From positions 56,668 to 120,667 of the forward strand of contig CAKQNT010000002.1 of the NCBI GenBank assembly GCA_934255405.1: a stretch of 64,000 nt of DNA, in the 5' to 3' direction. Below are positions 9,652 to 21,421 of the stretch, piece by piece; position 1 is the stretch's first letter; each line of letters opens with the position of its first letter. Source of the stretch: an uncultured Alphaproteobacteria bacterium (GTDB lineage Bacteria; Pseudomonadota; Alphaproteobacteria; RF32; CAG-239). The translations under genes were made by a program, and so were the position numbers. The notes beneath the pieces were generated by a model. The model worked only from the letters and a program-made list of their open reading frames with translations. It was not told where the DNA came from and searched no databases.

Positions 9652-11228
9652 TTGGCGGCTCTCCGTTTGCGAATCATATTAATTACTTCTCTGATATCCA
9701 ATACACCGGATAGTTTAGCCGTTATTACAAAAGTTGCAACACCCAAAATGCACAATAGTCCAAACCACCCTAGTTTGGGGAGTACGGAAAGATAAAGCCA
9801 GTTTTGGTAGCGTAGGTTCAGCAAAAACTCGCCGCCCAGAATAGCAATGCCCATAACTACAGAACAGGCAAATATTTTGGCGGTTTGAATTGCCAAACTA
9901 CGGGGAAACTGCCAAAAACCGCGTTTTTTGAGCCCGCGCAAGTATTGCCACAAAGAAACAAATGCGGCAATGGTGGTGGCAGAGGCAATGCCAACATGCC
10001 CAAACGGTTTCATTAACATAATGGCAAAACTTAAGTTTGTAAGCAATACCACAATACTATATTTGACAGGTGTCTTGGTGTCGCCGCGGGCAAAAAAGTT
10101 TGGAGCGAGCGCCTTGACCAAAACATAAGCCGGCAGTCCGATGGCATAAGCAATGACGGCGCGAGCAGTCATCGAGGTTTGCAAAGCGCCAAATTTTCCG
10201 TGTTGAAACAGAATGTTGATTATCGGTTCTGCCAGCACAATCAGCGCCACGGCAGCGGGAATTGCCAACAATGCTCCGTATTCCATGGCCTTGGTTTGAA
10301 TGTGGTCGGCTTCTTCGTCATCGCCGCACTTAAGATGGTGAGAAAGAATTGGCAAAACAGCAACGCCGATGGCCGCGCCAACTACTCCGAGCGGCAGTTG
10401 TTGTAAGCGGTTGGCGTAGTAAAGCCAAGAAATCGCGCCGGTGCCGACCAATGATACCAAAATAGTGTCGACAACCATATTTATCTGGTATACTCCGGCG
10501 CCCAGCACTCCGGGGGCAATGCGCTTAAAGAGAGTGCGAATACAGTTGTCTTTGAGCAATGGCAAAATGTGAAAATCTGGTTTGAGGTGCACTTGCTGGC
10601 GGTGAAGAAAAAACATCAGCCACAGAATCTCTATAAATCCGGCAAAGGTTACTCCGACGGCAATGCCGTGAGCGGGGGTGGCGCCAAAAGGCACAAAAAT
10701 AAATACAGAAGCAATCATCATCAGATTGAGGATTACCGGAGCGGCTGCAGGAGCGGCAAATTTGCCTAGAGAATTTAGGATTCCTGACTGAAAAGATACT
10801 ATGGATATAAACAATAAAAACGGAAAAGTGATGCGAGAAAGCTGGACGGCAAGCTCGATTTTGCCGCTGTCAGATACAAATCCGGGGGCCAAAATATGCA
10901 CTACCAGCGGCATAAAAATTTCCATTAGCAATACAAAGATAGCAAGAAAAAAAGCTAAAACAGAAATAGCTCTGGCGGCAAAGTCAATCGCATCTTGTTT
11001 GGAATCGGTGACTAGTTTTTGCGAGAGCATGGGGACAAAAGCTGAGGTGAAGGCGCCTTCGGCAAATAGTGAGCGAAAGAGATTGGGCAGTTTAAATGCG
11101 ACAAAAAAAGCATCAGATACCAGACCGGCGCCAAGAAAGTTTGCCAATACCATGTCGCGGAAGAATCCGGTGATTCGAGAGAGTAATGTAAAGCTGCCAA
11201 AAGTGGCAATAGATTTGAATAAACTCAT
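9645..11228 (-). CDS. murJ: Lipid II flippase MurJ (MviN)
   Basis: 527-aa polytopic protein. N-terminus is SRITGFFRDMVLANFLGAGLVSDAFFVAFKLPNLFRSLFAEGAF, diagnostic of MurJ. Confidence 0.9.
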   Translation of the reverse strand: MSLFKSIATFGSFTLLSRITGFFRDMVLANFLGAGLVSDAFFVAFKLPNLFRSLFAEGAFTSAFVPMLSQKLVTDSKQDAIDFAARAISVLAFFLAIFVLLMEIFMPLVVHILAPGFVSDSGKIELAVQLSRITFPFLLFISIVSFQSGILNSLGKFAAPAAAPVILNLMMIASVFIFVPFGATPAHGIAVGVTFAGFIEILWLMFFLHRQQVHLKPDFHILPLLKDNCIRTLFKRIAPGVLGAGVYQINMVVDTILVSLVGTGAISWLYYANRLQQLPLGVVGAAIGVAVLPILSHHLKCGDDEEADHIQTKAMEYGALLAIPAAVALIVLAEPIINILFQHGKFGALQTSMTARAVIAYAIGLPAYVLVKALAPNFFARGDTKTPVKYSIVVLLTNLSFAIMLMKPFGHVGIASATTIAAFVSLWQYLRGLKKRGFWQFPRSLAIQTAKIFACSVVMGIAILGGEFLLNLRYQNWLYLSVLPKLGWFGLLCILGVATFVITAKLSGVLDIREVINMIRKRRAAKC

Positions 11229-11416
11229 TATATTTTGTGACCTAGTCGGTTTGTTAAGTTGATATTAAGAGATTATAGGTTATTATTCGGGATAATAAAA
11301 CAGCAAATATGCAGTTTTGCCAATGTTTTTGCAGGTTTGCCGCCTTTTGTGGTTGACAAAACACGATTAACTTGCGATAATGGACAAAATGACGCTTTTA
11401 TTTATGGAGAAAAACG

Positions 11417-11674
11417 ATGAGTGTAAGAGATATAGTTCAAAGGTTTGAGGGAGATAATATCAAATCTCAATATAGCGGTAGCGGTAAAGAGTTTTCTTCT
11501 ATTGCAGGGTTTGCTTATGGTAAAGAAAAAAGCTATTCTAATGTTTTGGTGAAAGGTGGCAAAACCAGAGATGTTGATGGTATGGTAGCCGCTAAAATAA
11601 GCGAAAATTTTGTAAAAATGGAGAATGCTTCAAAAGTACAGGCAGCGACCAGAGGAGTATCTGCAGGTCGCTAA
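11417..11674 (+). CDS. Orphan small protein (85 aa)
   Basis: GGAG lies 7 nt upstream of the ATG and a strong hairpin terminator follows. No recognisable family. Confidence 0.4.
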   Translation: MSVRDIVQRFEGDNIKSQYSGSGKEFSSIAGFAYGKEKSYSNVLVKGGKTRDVDGMVAAKISENFVKMENASKVQAATRGVSAGR

Positions 11675-11703
11675 GATTTTTATTTCTCCATAAACAAAAT
11701 TTT

Positions 11704-11731
11704 AAAACTCCGGATATTTCCGGAGTTTTTT
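11704..11731 (+). terminator. Rho-independent terminator
   Basis: aaaactccgga-tatt-tccggagtttt stem followed by a T run. Confidence 0.7.
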
Positions 11732-11779
11732 GTTATTAAAGTTAAAGCCCCAAACAGTGTGCTTGGGGCTTTGTTTGTT

Positions 11780-13600
11780 TTAGAAATCACCGGGTTTTTG
11801 GCGTTTGCGGGCAATCGGATCGAGAATCCGTTTGCGCAGGCGCAAGGTTTTGGGGGTGACTTCCAATAATTCATCTTCCTGAATATAGGACAGGCCTTGT
11901 TCCAAACTCAGCTTACGCGGCGGTACCAAATCAATAGCATCATCTTTACCGGCGGCGCGAATATTGGTCAGCTGTTTGGACTTGCAGGGGTTAACCTCAA
12001 TGTCATTGGGTTTGGTGTGTTCCCCGATAATCATACCGGTGTATACCGGAACCCCCGGATCAATAAACATCGGTCCGCGATCTTGCAATTTCCACAATGA
12101 ATAAGCAATGGCGGTTCCGGTTTCGGAAGAAATTAAAACTCCGTTGCGACGGCTGTCAATTTCACCTTTGTAGGGCTCGTAGCATTTGAACAGGCGGTTC
12201 ATAACTCCGGTGCCGCGGGTGTCGGTCAAAAATTCAGAGTGATAGCCAATCAATCCGCGTGATGGCGCATTGAAAATCAAGCGAACTTTGTTGCCGACTT
12301 GAGAAGGAATCATATCAATCATTTCGGCGCGGCGCTGACCAAGTTTTTCAACAACGGCGCCGGAAAATTCCTCGTCAACGTCTACAACCACTTCTTCAAT
12401 CGGTTCCAGCAATTTGCCGTTTTCATCTTTTTTCATCAGTACGCGCGGACGAGAGATGGATAACTCAAAACCTTCGCGGCGCATGGTCTCAATCAAAACG
12501 CCTAACTGTAATTCTCCGCGTCCGGCAACTTCAAACGAATCGGTGGTTTCCGTGCGAGATATTTTCAGCGCAATATTGCCCTCGGCTTCTTTGCAAAGTC
12601 TATCCCAAATCATGCGAGAAGTAACCTTGTCTCCTTCACGTCCGGCCAAAGGTGAATCGTTAATTGAGAAAGTCATTGCCAGAGTTGGCGGGTCAATCGG
12701 CTGAGCATGAATTGCCTCAGAAACTTCAAAAGCGCACAAAGTGTCGGCAACGGTACCTTTTACTACGCCGGCAACAGCAACAATATCGCCAGCGTGAGCT
12801 TCTTCTAATGCTTCACGATTAAGACCGCGATAAGCCAAGATTTTGCTGATGCGAACACGCTCAATCTCTTTGCTGGTGCTGTCCAAAACTTTTACGGTGT
12901 CATTAACGCGCAGGGTTCCGGATTGGATTTTTCCGGTGAGCAGACGACCAATAAATTTATCGGATTCCAAAGTGGTTGCTAACATAGAAAACGGTTTGTC
13001 CGGCTCGCAGGCAGGCTCTGGAACATAGGAAAGAATTAGTTCAAACAGCGGACTTAAGTCTTTTTTCTCGTCTGTGAGCTCTTTTACAGCCCAGCCGTTG
13101 CGACCGGAAGCGTACAATACCGGAAAATCCAACTGTTTGTCATTAGCATTGAGGCTTACAAACAAATCAAATATTTCGTTCAAAACTTCATCACAGCGGG
13201 CATCGGCTTTGTCAGCCTTGTTAATAACCACAATCGGGCACAAGCCTAATTTGAGAGCCTTGCCCAATACAAACTTGGTTTGCGGCATCGGTCCCTCAGA
13301 TGAATCAACCAACAAAACAACGCCGTCAACCATTGATAAAATTCGCTCAACTTCACCGCCAAAATCAGCGTGTCCCGGAGTATCAACAATATTAATATGT
13401 GTTCCCCGCCAGTTAACCGAAGTGCACTTAGAAAGAATGGTAATACCTCTCTCCCTTTCCAGATCGTTGCTGTCCATAACACAAGTTTCAACTTTCTGAT
13501 TATCTCTAAAAGTGCCGCTCTGTTTTAAAAGTCCGTCAACCAGCGTTGTTTTACCATGGTCAACGTGAGCTATTATGGCAATATTTCTCATATTCATCAT
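11780..13600 (-). CDS. typA: Translational GTPase TypA/BipA
   Basis: IRNIAIIAHVDHGKTTLVD G1 motif, DTPGHADF, NKADK. 606 aa with the BipA-type C-terminal domain. Confidence 0.95.
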   Translation of the reverse strand: MMNMRNIAIIAHVDHGKTTLVDGLLKQSGTFRDNQKVETCVMDSNDLERERGITILSKCTSVNWRGTHINIVDTPGHADFGGEVERILSMVDGVVLLVDSSEGPMPQTKFVLGKALKLGLCPIVVINKADKADARCDEVLNEIFDLFVSLNANDKQLDFPVLYASGRNGWAVKELTDEKKDLSPLFELILSYVPEPACEPDKPFSMLATTLESDKFIGRLLTGKIQSGTLRVNDTVKVLDSTSKEIERVRISKILAYRGLNREALEEAHAGDIVAVAGVVKGTVADTLCAFEVSEAIHAQPIDPPTLAMTFSINDSPLAGREGDKVTSRMIWDRLCKEAEGNIALKISRTETTDSFEVAGRGELQLGVLIETMRREGFELSISRPRVLMKKDENGKLLEPIEEVVVDVDEEFSGAVVEKLGQRRAEMIDMIPSQVGNKVRLIFNAPSRGLIGYHSEFLTDTRGTGVMNRLFKCYEPYKGEIDSRRNGVLISSETGTAIAYSLWKLQDRGPMFIDPGVPVYTGMIIGEHTKPNDIEVNPCKSKQLTNIRAAGKDDAIDLVPPRKLSLEQGLSYIQEDELLEVTPKTLRLRKRILDPIARKRQKPGDF

Positions 13601-13830
13601 TTTTTTCTTTCCTAAATAGTCGTCATGTCACAAGCCGCCCTCCTTATGTACCTCTTTTTGTACACTGCGTCGGGCGCCTTGCTTCCAGCACGCAATATCC
13701 CAGCCTGCCGGCAAAATAATTTTCATTATTCCAAAGTTGGGCTTACAATACACTTTTGAAATTAAATTTCAATAATTTAATGAATTTTTTTTGTGCTTTG
13801 GACAAAAGTCTGTGGCTTTTGCAAAAATAT

Positions 13831-13860
13831 AAATAAACGGGCGCTTGGTTGCGCCCTTTT
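13831..13860 (-). terminator. Rho-independent terminator of the PfkB kinase gene
   Basis: gggcgc-aaccaa-gcgccc stem followed by a T-rich run on the minus strand. Confidence 0.6.
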
Positions 13861-13863
13861 ATC

Positions 13864-14877
13864 TTAAGCTCTAATACCGTAAGAAAGCAGCTTATTGCGA
13901 ACCAGTCCGCGTAATGATACTTCAGGTCTGGCGCCATAGTGGGTTATAATCTCCGCGGCAGCAATCGAACCAATCAAGGCGCAAGTGCCGAGGCTGCGCT
14001 CTTGGGTCATTCCGTAAAGGAATCCGGCGGCGTACAAATCACCGGCGCCGGTGGTGTCAACCACATCTTCAACCACTTCGGCTTCAACAAAAGTTTTAGT
14101 GCGCCCATTAACAACAACCGATCCTTTTTTGCCTCTGGTAATAGCGGCAATTTCTACATGCGGTTTTATTAAATCTAAGCTGTTGTAAAAATCAGTTTCG
14201 GCAAACAGGGCTTTGATCTCTTCTTCATTGGCAAACAGAATGTCTACATATTCTTTAATGAAGTTAAAAATAGCCTCGCGGTTGCGGCAGATACAAGTGG
14301 TATCAGAAAGAGTAAAGGCAATTTTGCGTCCGTGTTTGTGCGCCAGCTGGCAAGCCTTAATCAGAGCGCCTTGACAGCATTCGGTGTCCCACAAATAGCC
14401 TTCAATATAAGTGATTTTACCGGCCTTAATAACCTCTTCATCAATGTCTTCTTCGGTTAAGTGAATGGCGGCGCCAAGGTAGGTAAACATTGAGCGTTCG
14501 GCATCAGGAGTAACTAATACGACGCTGCGACCGGTAACCGGTCCTTCTTCTAGCGGAATCGTGAAGAAATCTACGCCGGCCGCGCCGATATCGCGGGTAA
14601 ATTCTTGTCCCAGCTCATCATCATGAATTTTGCCTATAAATGCCGGTGTTCCTCCCAGAGATGCTATGCCGGCCACGGTGTTGGCTGCAGAGCCGCCGGG
14701 GACTTCGCGCTCAGGCACAATATCGGCATAAATTTTGCCGGCCGTCTGGGCATCCATTAAAGTCATGCATCCTTTAGGTAAATCTCTTTCGGTTAGGAAA
14801 CCATCGCCGACTTTTGCCAAAACATCTACAATGGCATTACCAATACCAACAATGTCGTAATACGTTTCTGTTTTCAT
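13864..14877 (-). CDS. PfkB-family carbohydrate/nucleoside kinase (adenosine kinase-like)
   Basis: Carries the PfkB signatures GGSAANT and DTTGAGDLYAAGFLYG. Confidence 0.8.
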   Translation of the reverse strand: MKTETYYDIVGIGNAIVDVLAKVGDGFLTERDLPKGCMTLMDAQTAGKIYADIVPEREVPGGSAANTVAGIASLGGTPAFIGKIHDDELGQEFTRDIGAAGVDFFTIPLEEGPVTGRSVVLVTPDAERSMFTYLGAAIHLTEEDIDEEVIKAGKITYIEGYLWDTECCQGALIKACQLAHKHGRKIAFTLSDTTCICRNREAIFNFIKEYVDILFANEEEIKALFAETDFYNSLDLIKPHVEIAAITRGKKGSVVVNGRTKTFVEAEVVEDVVDTTGAGDLYAAGFLYGMTQERSLGTCALIGSIAAAEIITHYGARPEVSLRGLVRNKLLSYGIRA

Positions 14878-15004
14878 AATTCTTTTTCTTTCTTAAATGG
14901 CAATTTATACACCTTGGTGGAATCTAGCGGATAAATAATCTTTATGCAACCGAAAAAAGCCGCAGACGTTGCCGCGGCTTTTAGATTTTTCGGATAATGA
15001 AGTA

Positions 15005-15244
15005 TTATTCGTTAGCGTTCGGCCAAACTTTGGCGTTTTCGGCGTTGAATGTAATCCATTTTTCATCAGCTTCGCTGTCTGGGCAGATAGCTTCTTGCGG
15101 GCACTCGGAAATGCAAACGCCGCAATCAATGCAAGTATCAGGATCAACTACCAACTGGGTGTCGCCTTCATGAAAAGCGTCAACCGGACATACATCAGCG
15201 CAAGATTTGCACTTTACGCAAGAATCATTAACAACAGAAACCAT
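15005..15244 (-). CDS. fdxA: Ferredoxin with two Fe-S cluster motifs
   Basis: [16 protein letters not shown] and [12 protein letters not shown] motifs in 79 aa. Confidence 0.85.
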   Translation of the reverse strand: MVSVVNDSCVKCKSCADVCPVDAFHEGDTQLVVDPDTCIDCGVCISECPQEAICPDSEADEKWITFNAENAKVWPNANE

Positions 15245-15381
15245 AAGTTTAACTCCAAGTTAGTTATATTAAAAAGTCATTTCAGACTTTAGCTAAATTT
15301 TCAAATAAATCAAGCACAATCTTGCAAATCTTAAAAATAGTCCCTACATAGATTTCAGATTTGATAAAGGAGATATTTAAG

Positions 15382-17220
15382 ATGCCTGATAAACTTTCGT
15401 TTCAAGCCGATGTGAGCAAAATGCTCAATATTGTGGTAAATTCACTGTATTCGGAAAAACAAATTTTTTTGCGTGAATTGATATCCAATGCCTCAGATGC
15501 TTGTGATAAACTCAAATATATGGCGCTGACAACCCCCGGTATTGCCAAAGATTCCGGACAATTGAAAATTAAGATTACCCCCGATGCCGCGGCAAATACA
15601 TTGATGATATCCGATAATGGAATCGGTATGAACAAAGAAGATTTGATTAATCATTTGGGCACAATCGCTAAATCCGGAACGGCGGAATTTGTTAAAAATG
15701 CTTCTGACAATGGCTCCGCCGTAGAACTTATCGGGCAGTTCGGGGTTGGCTTTTATGCGGCTTTTATGGTGGCTGACAAAGTTGAAATCATTACCCGTAA
15801 GGCCGGAGAAGAACAAGCATGGAAGTGGACTTCAAACGGAATTGACGGTTTTGAAATTACAGAGGCGAAACGTGAGAGTAATGGTACAGATATAAAACTG
15901 TTTTTGAAATCTGATGCCAAAGATTATGTTGACACAATTTATCTGCGCCAGATAATTCGTACTTATTCGGACCATATCGGGTATCCGATTGTTTTGGATT
16001 TGGGCAAGGCCGGCGAAGAAACCGTTAATACCGGCTCGGCTCTGTGGGCACGTTCAAAAGCGGAAATTACCGCTGACCAGTATAAAGAATTTTATCATCA
16101 TATTTCACATAATTTTGATGACCCTTGGCTGACACTCCATTTTAAGGCAGAGGGTAATATTGAGTACACAGGGTTGTTGTTTGTGCCATCGCAGGCGCCG
16201 TATGATTTGTTCCAGCCTGATCGTAAAAATAGCCTGAAGCTCTATGTTAATAAGGTGTTTATTTCTGATAAAATTGAGGAGTTGATGCCTAATTATTTGC
16301 GCTTTGTCAGAGGGGTGATAGATTCTGCAGATTTGCAGTTGAACATTTCGCGAGAGATGCTGCAACATTCTCCGCTGATTGAAAAAATTAAACACGGCGT
16401 AGTTGCGCGAATCCTTAAGGAACTGAAAAAACGCGCCAAAGATTATGATGATTATATGACTTTCTGGAAAAACTTCGGTATTGTTTTGAAAGAGGGGATT
16501 TATGAAGACTTTAGTAATCGTGAAGAAATTGCCGGATTGGCTTATTTTGCCTCGACCAAGAGCGAGGACAAATTAACGACTCTGGACGAATATATTGCCC
16601 GCGCCGCTGAAGGGCAAAAGGTAATCTATTTTATTACCGGCGATGATGAAAATGTTTTGGCTAATAATCCGCAACTTGAGGCTTTTAAGGAAAAAGGAAT
16701 CGAGGTTTTATTACTGACGGATCCGATAGATGAGTTTTGGCCACAGGTTTTGCCGAATTATAAAGGTTTTGCTATTAAGCACGTTAGTCAGGCAGATGCC
16801 GATATGGGGTGGAAACGCGATGAGAACAAAGCAGATGAAGGTAGTTTGAAAAAATTGACCGATTTGATGGCAGAAATGTTTAAGAGCGAGGTTGCCAGGG
16901 TGGTTACTACTGAGCGACTTACAAAATCTCCGGCCAGCTTGACGGTGGAAGATGGGCAAATGAGTTTGCATCTGGAGCGCTTGATGCGCAATCACCAACA
17001 GCAAACGGCTTTTGCAAGTTCTCGCATATTGGAATTGAATCCATATCATCCGCTGATTATAAAACTGGCGGATATGACGGCTGATGAGGGTAAGAGGTCT
17101 GAGGTTGAAGACGTGTCTCGTTTGGTGCTTGATCAGGCTAAAATAGCCGAAGGCGAGACTGTCAGCGATGCTTCAAGATTTAATGATTTGATGAGCCGTT
17201 ATATTCTAAAAGCAATATAG
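15382..17220 (+). CDS. htpG: Molecular chaperone HtpG (Hsp90)
   Basis: FQADVSKMLNIVVNSLYSEKQIFLRELISNASDACDK and GQFGVGFYAAFMVADKV. Start placed at the ATG at 15382 behind AAGGAG rather than the track's TTG at 15361. Confidence 0.95.
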   Translation: MPDKLSFQADVSKMLNIVVNSLYSEKQIFLRELISNASDACDKLKYMALTTPGIAKDSGQLKIKITPDAAANTLMISDNGIGMNKEDLINHLGTIAKSGTAEFVKNASDNGSAVELIGQFGVGFYAAFMVADKVEIITRKAGEEQAWKWTSNGIDGFEITEAKRESNGTDIKLFLKSDAKDYVDTIYLRQIIRTYSDHIGYPIVLDLGKAGEETVNTGSALWARSKAEITADQYKEFYHHISHNFDDPWLTLHFKAEGNIEYTGLLFVPSQAPYDLFQPDRKNSLKLYVNKVFISDKIEELMPNYLRFVRGVIDSADLQLNISREMLQHSPLIEKIKHGVVARILKELKKRAKDYDDYMTFWKNFGIVLKEGIYEDFSNREEIAGLAYFASTKSEDKLTTLDEYIARAAEGQKVIYFITGDDENVLANNPQLEAFKEKGIEVLLLTDPIDEFWPQVLPNYKGFAIKHVSQADADMGWKRDENKADEGSLKKLTDLMAEMFKSEVARVVTTERLTKSPASLTVEDGQMSLHLERLMRNHQQQTAFASSRILELNPYHPLIIKLADMTADEGKRSEVEDVSRLVLDQAKIAEGETVSDASRFNDLMSRYILKAI

Positions 17221-17237
17221 TTGTTGAAGTATTAAAT

Positions 17238-17285
17238 CCCGCCCGTGTTGAAGCGCTTTAATTGAGCTTCATCGGGCGGTTTTTG
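17238..17285 (+). terminator. htpG terminator
   Basis: cccgcccg...cgggcgg stem followed by tttttgttgtttt. Confidence 0.65.
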
Positions 17286-17416
17286 TTGTTTTAATTTCTG
17301 GAGTTTTATTCTGCATACTTCAATCTTTACGCTGTAATTCTTGCTTGCAATCACTGATTGTGAATATTTTTTGTATGCGCGTATTATCGTTTATCGATAG
17401 GCGATAATATATAATC

Positions 17417-17525
17417 GTGGTAGTGGTAGTGTTTGGAAAGATGGAAAGCAGAAATGTAGGAATGTATGAGTGTAGGAAAGTGGTGGTGATGAGTGGGGAC
17501 GTAGATGTTTGCGGTTTTGGGAAAA
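17417..17525 (+). other. C-depleted, GGA-rich tract in the htpG/prepilin-peptidase spacer
   Basis: About 109 nt contain only three C residues (17449, 17500, 17512). There are six GGA motifs (17435, 17443, 17459, 17475, 17497, 17520), and stop codons occur in all plus-strand frames. Confidence 0.5.
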
Positions 17526-17611
17526 ATACCGGTGCCTAAACCATAACTTATGGATAATTAATTAAATTTTATCTATTTTTAGGTATTGTGTATCTGTTTA
17601 GGGGGAGAATC

Positions 17612-18280
17612 ATGATGCTTTATTATGTTTTAGGCGGATTTGTTTTTGGAATGTTGATTCCGTATATGTCCAGAAGGTTTGCCAAATTTATGCCGGCAAC
17701 TCCGGCTTATGCGCTGTGGCAATTGATAAGACCTGCCAAATCTGTTGAAGGTGATCGAAATAAAAAGTTAAGAAAAGCGTATTATTGGCGTTCGCTGATG
17801 AGCGGGGCGCTGGCGGCGGGATTGACGGCTTTGTCAATTTGGCATTGGGGCGAAGATAATTTCGGTTGGTGCGCATTTTATTTGTGGATGCTTTTGCTGT
17901 TGGCAGAAATTGATTGGCGGATGTTTTTGTTGCCGGATATCTTAACAATTCCGCTGTTGATTGGCGGTTTTGCGTTTGCCTCGCTTGGCAATGGCTGGGT
18001 TATTGGGGCTGAAAGCGCGCTGGGAGCAATGGTTGGATATGTTTTGCCCGTGATTGCCAGTATTTTGATGTTGCGTAAAAGCAAAGATGCTTTTGGTGGC
18101 GGCGATATCAAATTTTTGGCGGCAATCGGCGCGTGGGTCGGGGTTTTGCCACTAATTTATGTGATTGCTATTTCCTCAATCATGATGTTTGTCTATATGC
18201 TTATCCGCCGGCAGAAGGCGGCGGCATTTGGGCCGGCACTGTCGATAGCGGCAATAATTGTTGCATTACTGTTTTTTTAG
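17612..18280 (+). CDS. A24-family prepilin peptidase without the N-terminal methyltransferase domain
   Basis: GGGDIKFLAAIGAWVG motif in a polytopic protein. Start placed at the ATG at 17612 behind GGGGGAG. Confidence 0.7.
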   Translation: MMLYYVLGGFVFGMLIPYMSRRFAKFMPATPAYALWQLIRPAKSVEGDRNKKLRKAYYWRSLMSGALAAGLTALSIWHWGEDNFGWCAFYLWMLLLLAEIDWRMFLLPDILTIPLLIGGFAFASLGNGWVIGAESALGAMVGYVLPVIASILMLRKSKDAFGGGDIKFLAAIGAWVGVLPLIYVIAISSIMMFVYMLIRRQKAAAFGPALSIAAIIVALLFF

Positions 18281-18317
18281 GCTAAAATAACCTTGTTTTA
18301 AGAGAAGGAACAACGCC

Positions 18318-19067
18318 ATGAATTTTAATATTTTTGCCAGAGAAACCCAAGAGGTAAAAAACAAAATTGTAAAAAAACTTTATTACAAAGATGATCGGCG
18401 CCGTTTGGCTAAACTGGTGAGCGGGTTCAGTTTTGATATGTTTATTATGAGCGTCATTTTGCTCGATGCCGTTGTTCTGGGGATGATGACGTCTGAAAAA
18501 CTGAACTTTTACTTTAATAACGGTCTGTTTCTGCTGGATAGGCTGTTTATGGGCATATTCATTGTAGAGATGTTTCTTAAAATTTATGCATTAAAGAAAA
18601 AGTTTTTTGAATCCGGATGGAATATATTTGATTTGGTGATTGTGGCTTGTTCTTCAATTCCCAGTGCCAGCGCATTTATAATCCTGCGGACATTCCGTTT
18701 GTTTCGCCTGTTTAAGTATGTGCATCATTTTTCCAAAATGCACAATCTGGTGGAGGTATTTATTGAGCTGTTGCCGACATTTGTTTCGTTTATTGCAGTT
18801 TCGGCAATCTTTTCATACGTTTTTGCAATTATAGCCGTAAGCCTGTTTGGTGATGTGTTTGCCGCATTTTCTACCTTGGGTGCTTCTATGTTTACTTTGT
18901 TGCAGGTGTTTACTCTTGATGGCTGGGCTTCGACAATTGCTCGTCCGGTTATGATGGTGTTTCCGCACGCGTGGTTGTACTTCTTGAGTTTGGTGGTATT
19001 GGGCTTTTTGATTGTGGTTAGTTTTGTTGTCAGTGCAATCAGACAAGTGATGGAAATAAAAAAATAG
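18318..19067 (+). CDS. Six-TM voltage-gated cation channel of the bacterial NaChBac/BacNav type
   Basis: S4 segment is ILRTFRLFRLFKYV. Pore region FTLLQVFTLDGWAS aligns with NaChBac FxxxTLESW. The protein ends about 10 residues after S6. Confidence 0.75.
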   Translation: MNFNIFARETQEVKNKIVKKLYYKDDRRRLAKLVSGFSFDMFIMSVILLDAVVLGMMTSEKLNFYFNNGLFLLDRLFMGIFIVEMFLKIYALKKKFFESGWNIFDLVIVACSSIPSASAFIILRTFRLFRLFKYVHHFSKMHNLVEVFIELLPTFVSFIAVSAIFSYVFAIIAVSLFGDVFAAFSTLGASMFTLLQVFTLDGWASTIARPVMMVFPHAWLYFLSLVVLGFLIVVSFVVSAIRQVMEIKK

Positions 19068-19137
19068 CTCTAAATCAAGGCGTTTGAAAAGTGTCGGAGT
19101 TTTTCCGGCACTTTTTTTATAAAAATATGCGGGCGCG

Positions 19138-19166
19138 CTTGACATCGGCTGAGCCAGTACCTAAGT
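19138..19166 (+). promoter_or_regulatory. Candidate heat-shock (RpoH-type) promoter of groESL
   Basis: CTTG at 19138 and CCTAAGT at 19160, compared with the alphaproteobacterial sigma-32 pattern CTTG-N17-CYTATNT (one mismatch). No CIRCE inverted repeat is present. Confidence 0.3.
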
Positions 19167-19209
19167 AAGTGTTTAGAAAAATAGTCTACAATATATTGGA
19201 GTATAAAAA

Positions 19210-21161
<1,952 letters not shown>

Positions 21162-21320
21162 GTGAGCTCGTCTAGCTGGATGGGCAAGCTCGTCTAGCGG
21201 CACATCTAGAGGCATTTAGTTCGGTCTCGGAAAATTCATGTACTACTAATGTACACTAAAATTTTCCTCGCCTTCTAAATGCCTCTATCTGTACCACTAT
21301 CCGAGCTTGCTGGAAAGCGT
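21162..21320 (+). repeat. Mosaic palindromic intergenic repeat, copy A
   Basis: Starts on the nucleotide after the groEL stop. Left arm gcaagctcgtctagcggcacatctagag is at 21184-21211 and right arm ctctatctgtaccactatccgagcttgc is at 21283-21310. The interior is an imperfect hairpin. Confidence 0.8.
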
Positions 21321-21338
21321 GTTAAAACAATACAAAAA

Positions 21339-21366
21339 AGAGATTCATTTCGAATCTCTTTTTTTT
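21339..21366 (+). terminator. Rho-independent terminator after groEL and repeat A
   Basis: agagattc-attt-cgaatctct stem followed by a T run. Confidence 0.7.
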
Positions 21367-21421
21367 GTTGGAAAATCGGCAAAGAGGTTTATATTTAAAC
21401 AAAGGCTTGGGGAGAAAATTT

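Noticed and set aside
13601-13830. Long (about 230 nt) leader between the PfkB terminator and the typA start, containing a GC-rich segment. Considered as a riboswitch or leader.
   Set aside because: I could not recognise any known riboswitch consensus or a convincing terminator/antiterminator pair. The evidence is insufficient to report it.
19068-19209. Looked for a CIRCE operator (TTAGCACTC-N9-GAGTGCTAA) upstream of groES.
   Set aside because: No such inverted repeat is present. Only a weak RpoH-like promoter match was found, and it is reported at low confidence.
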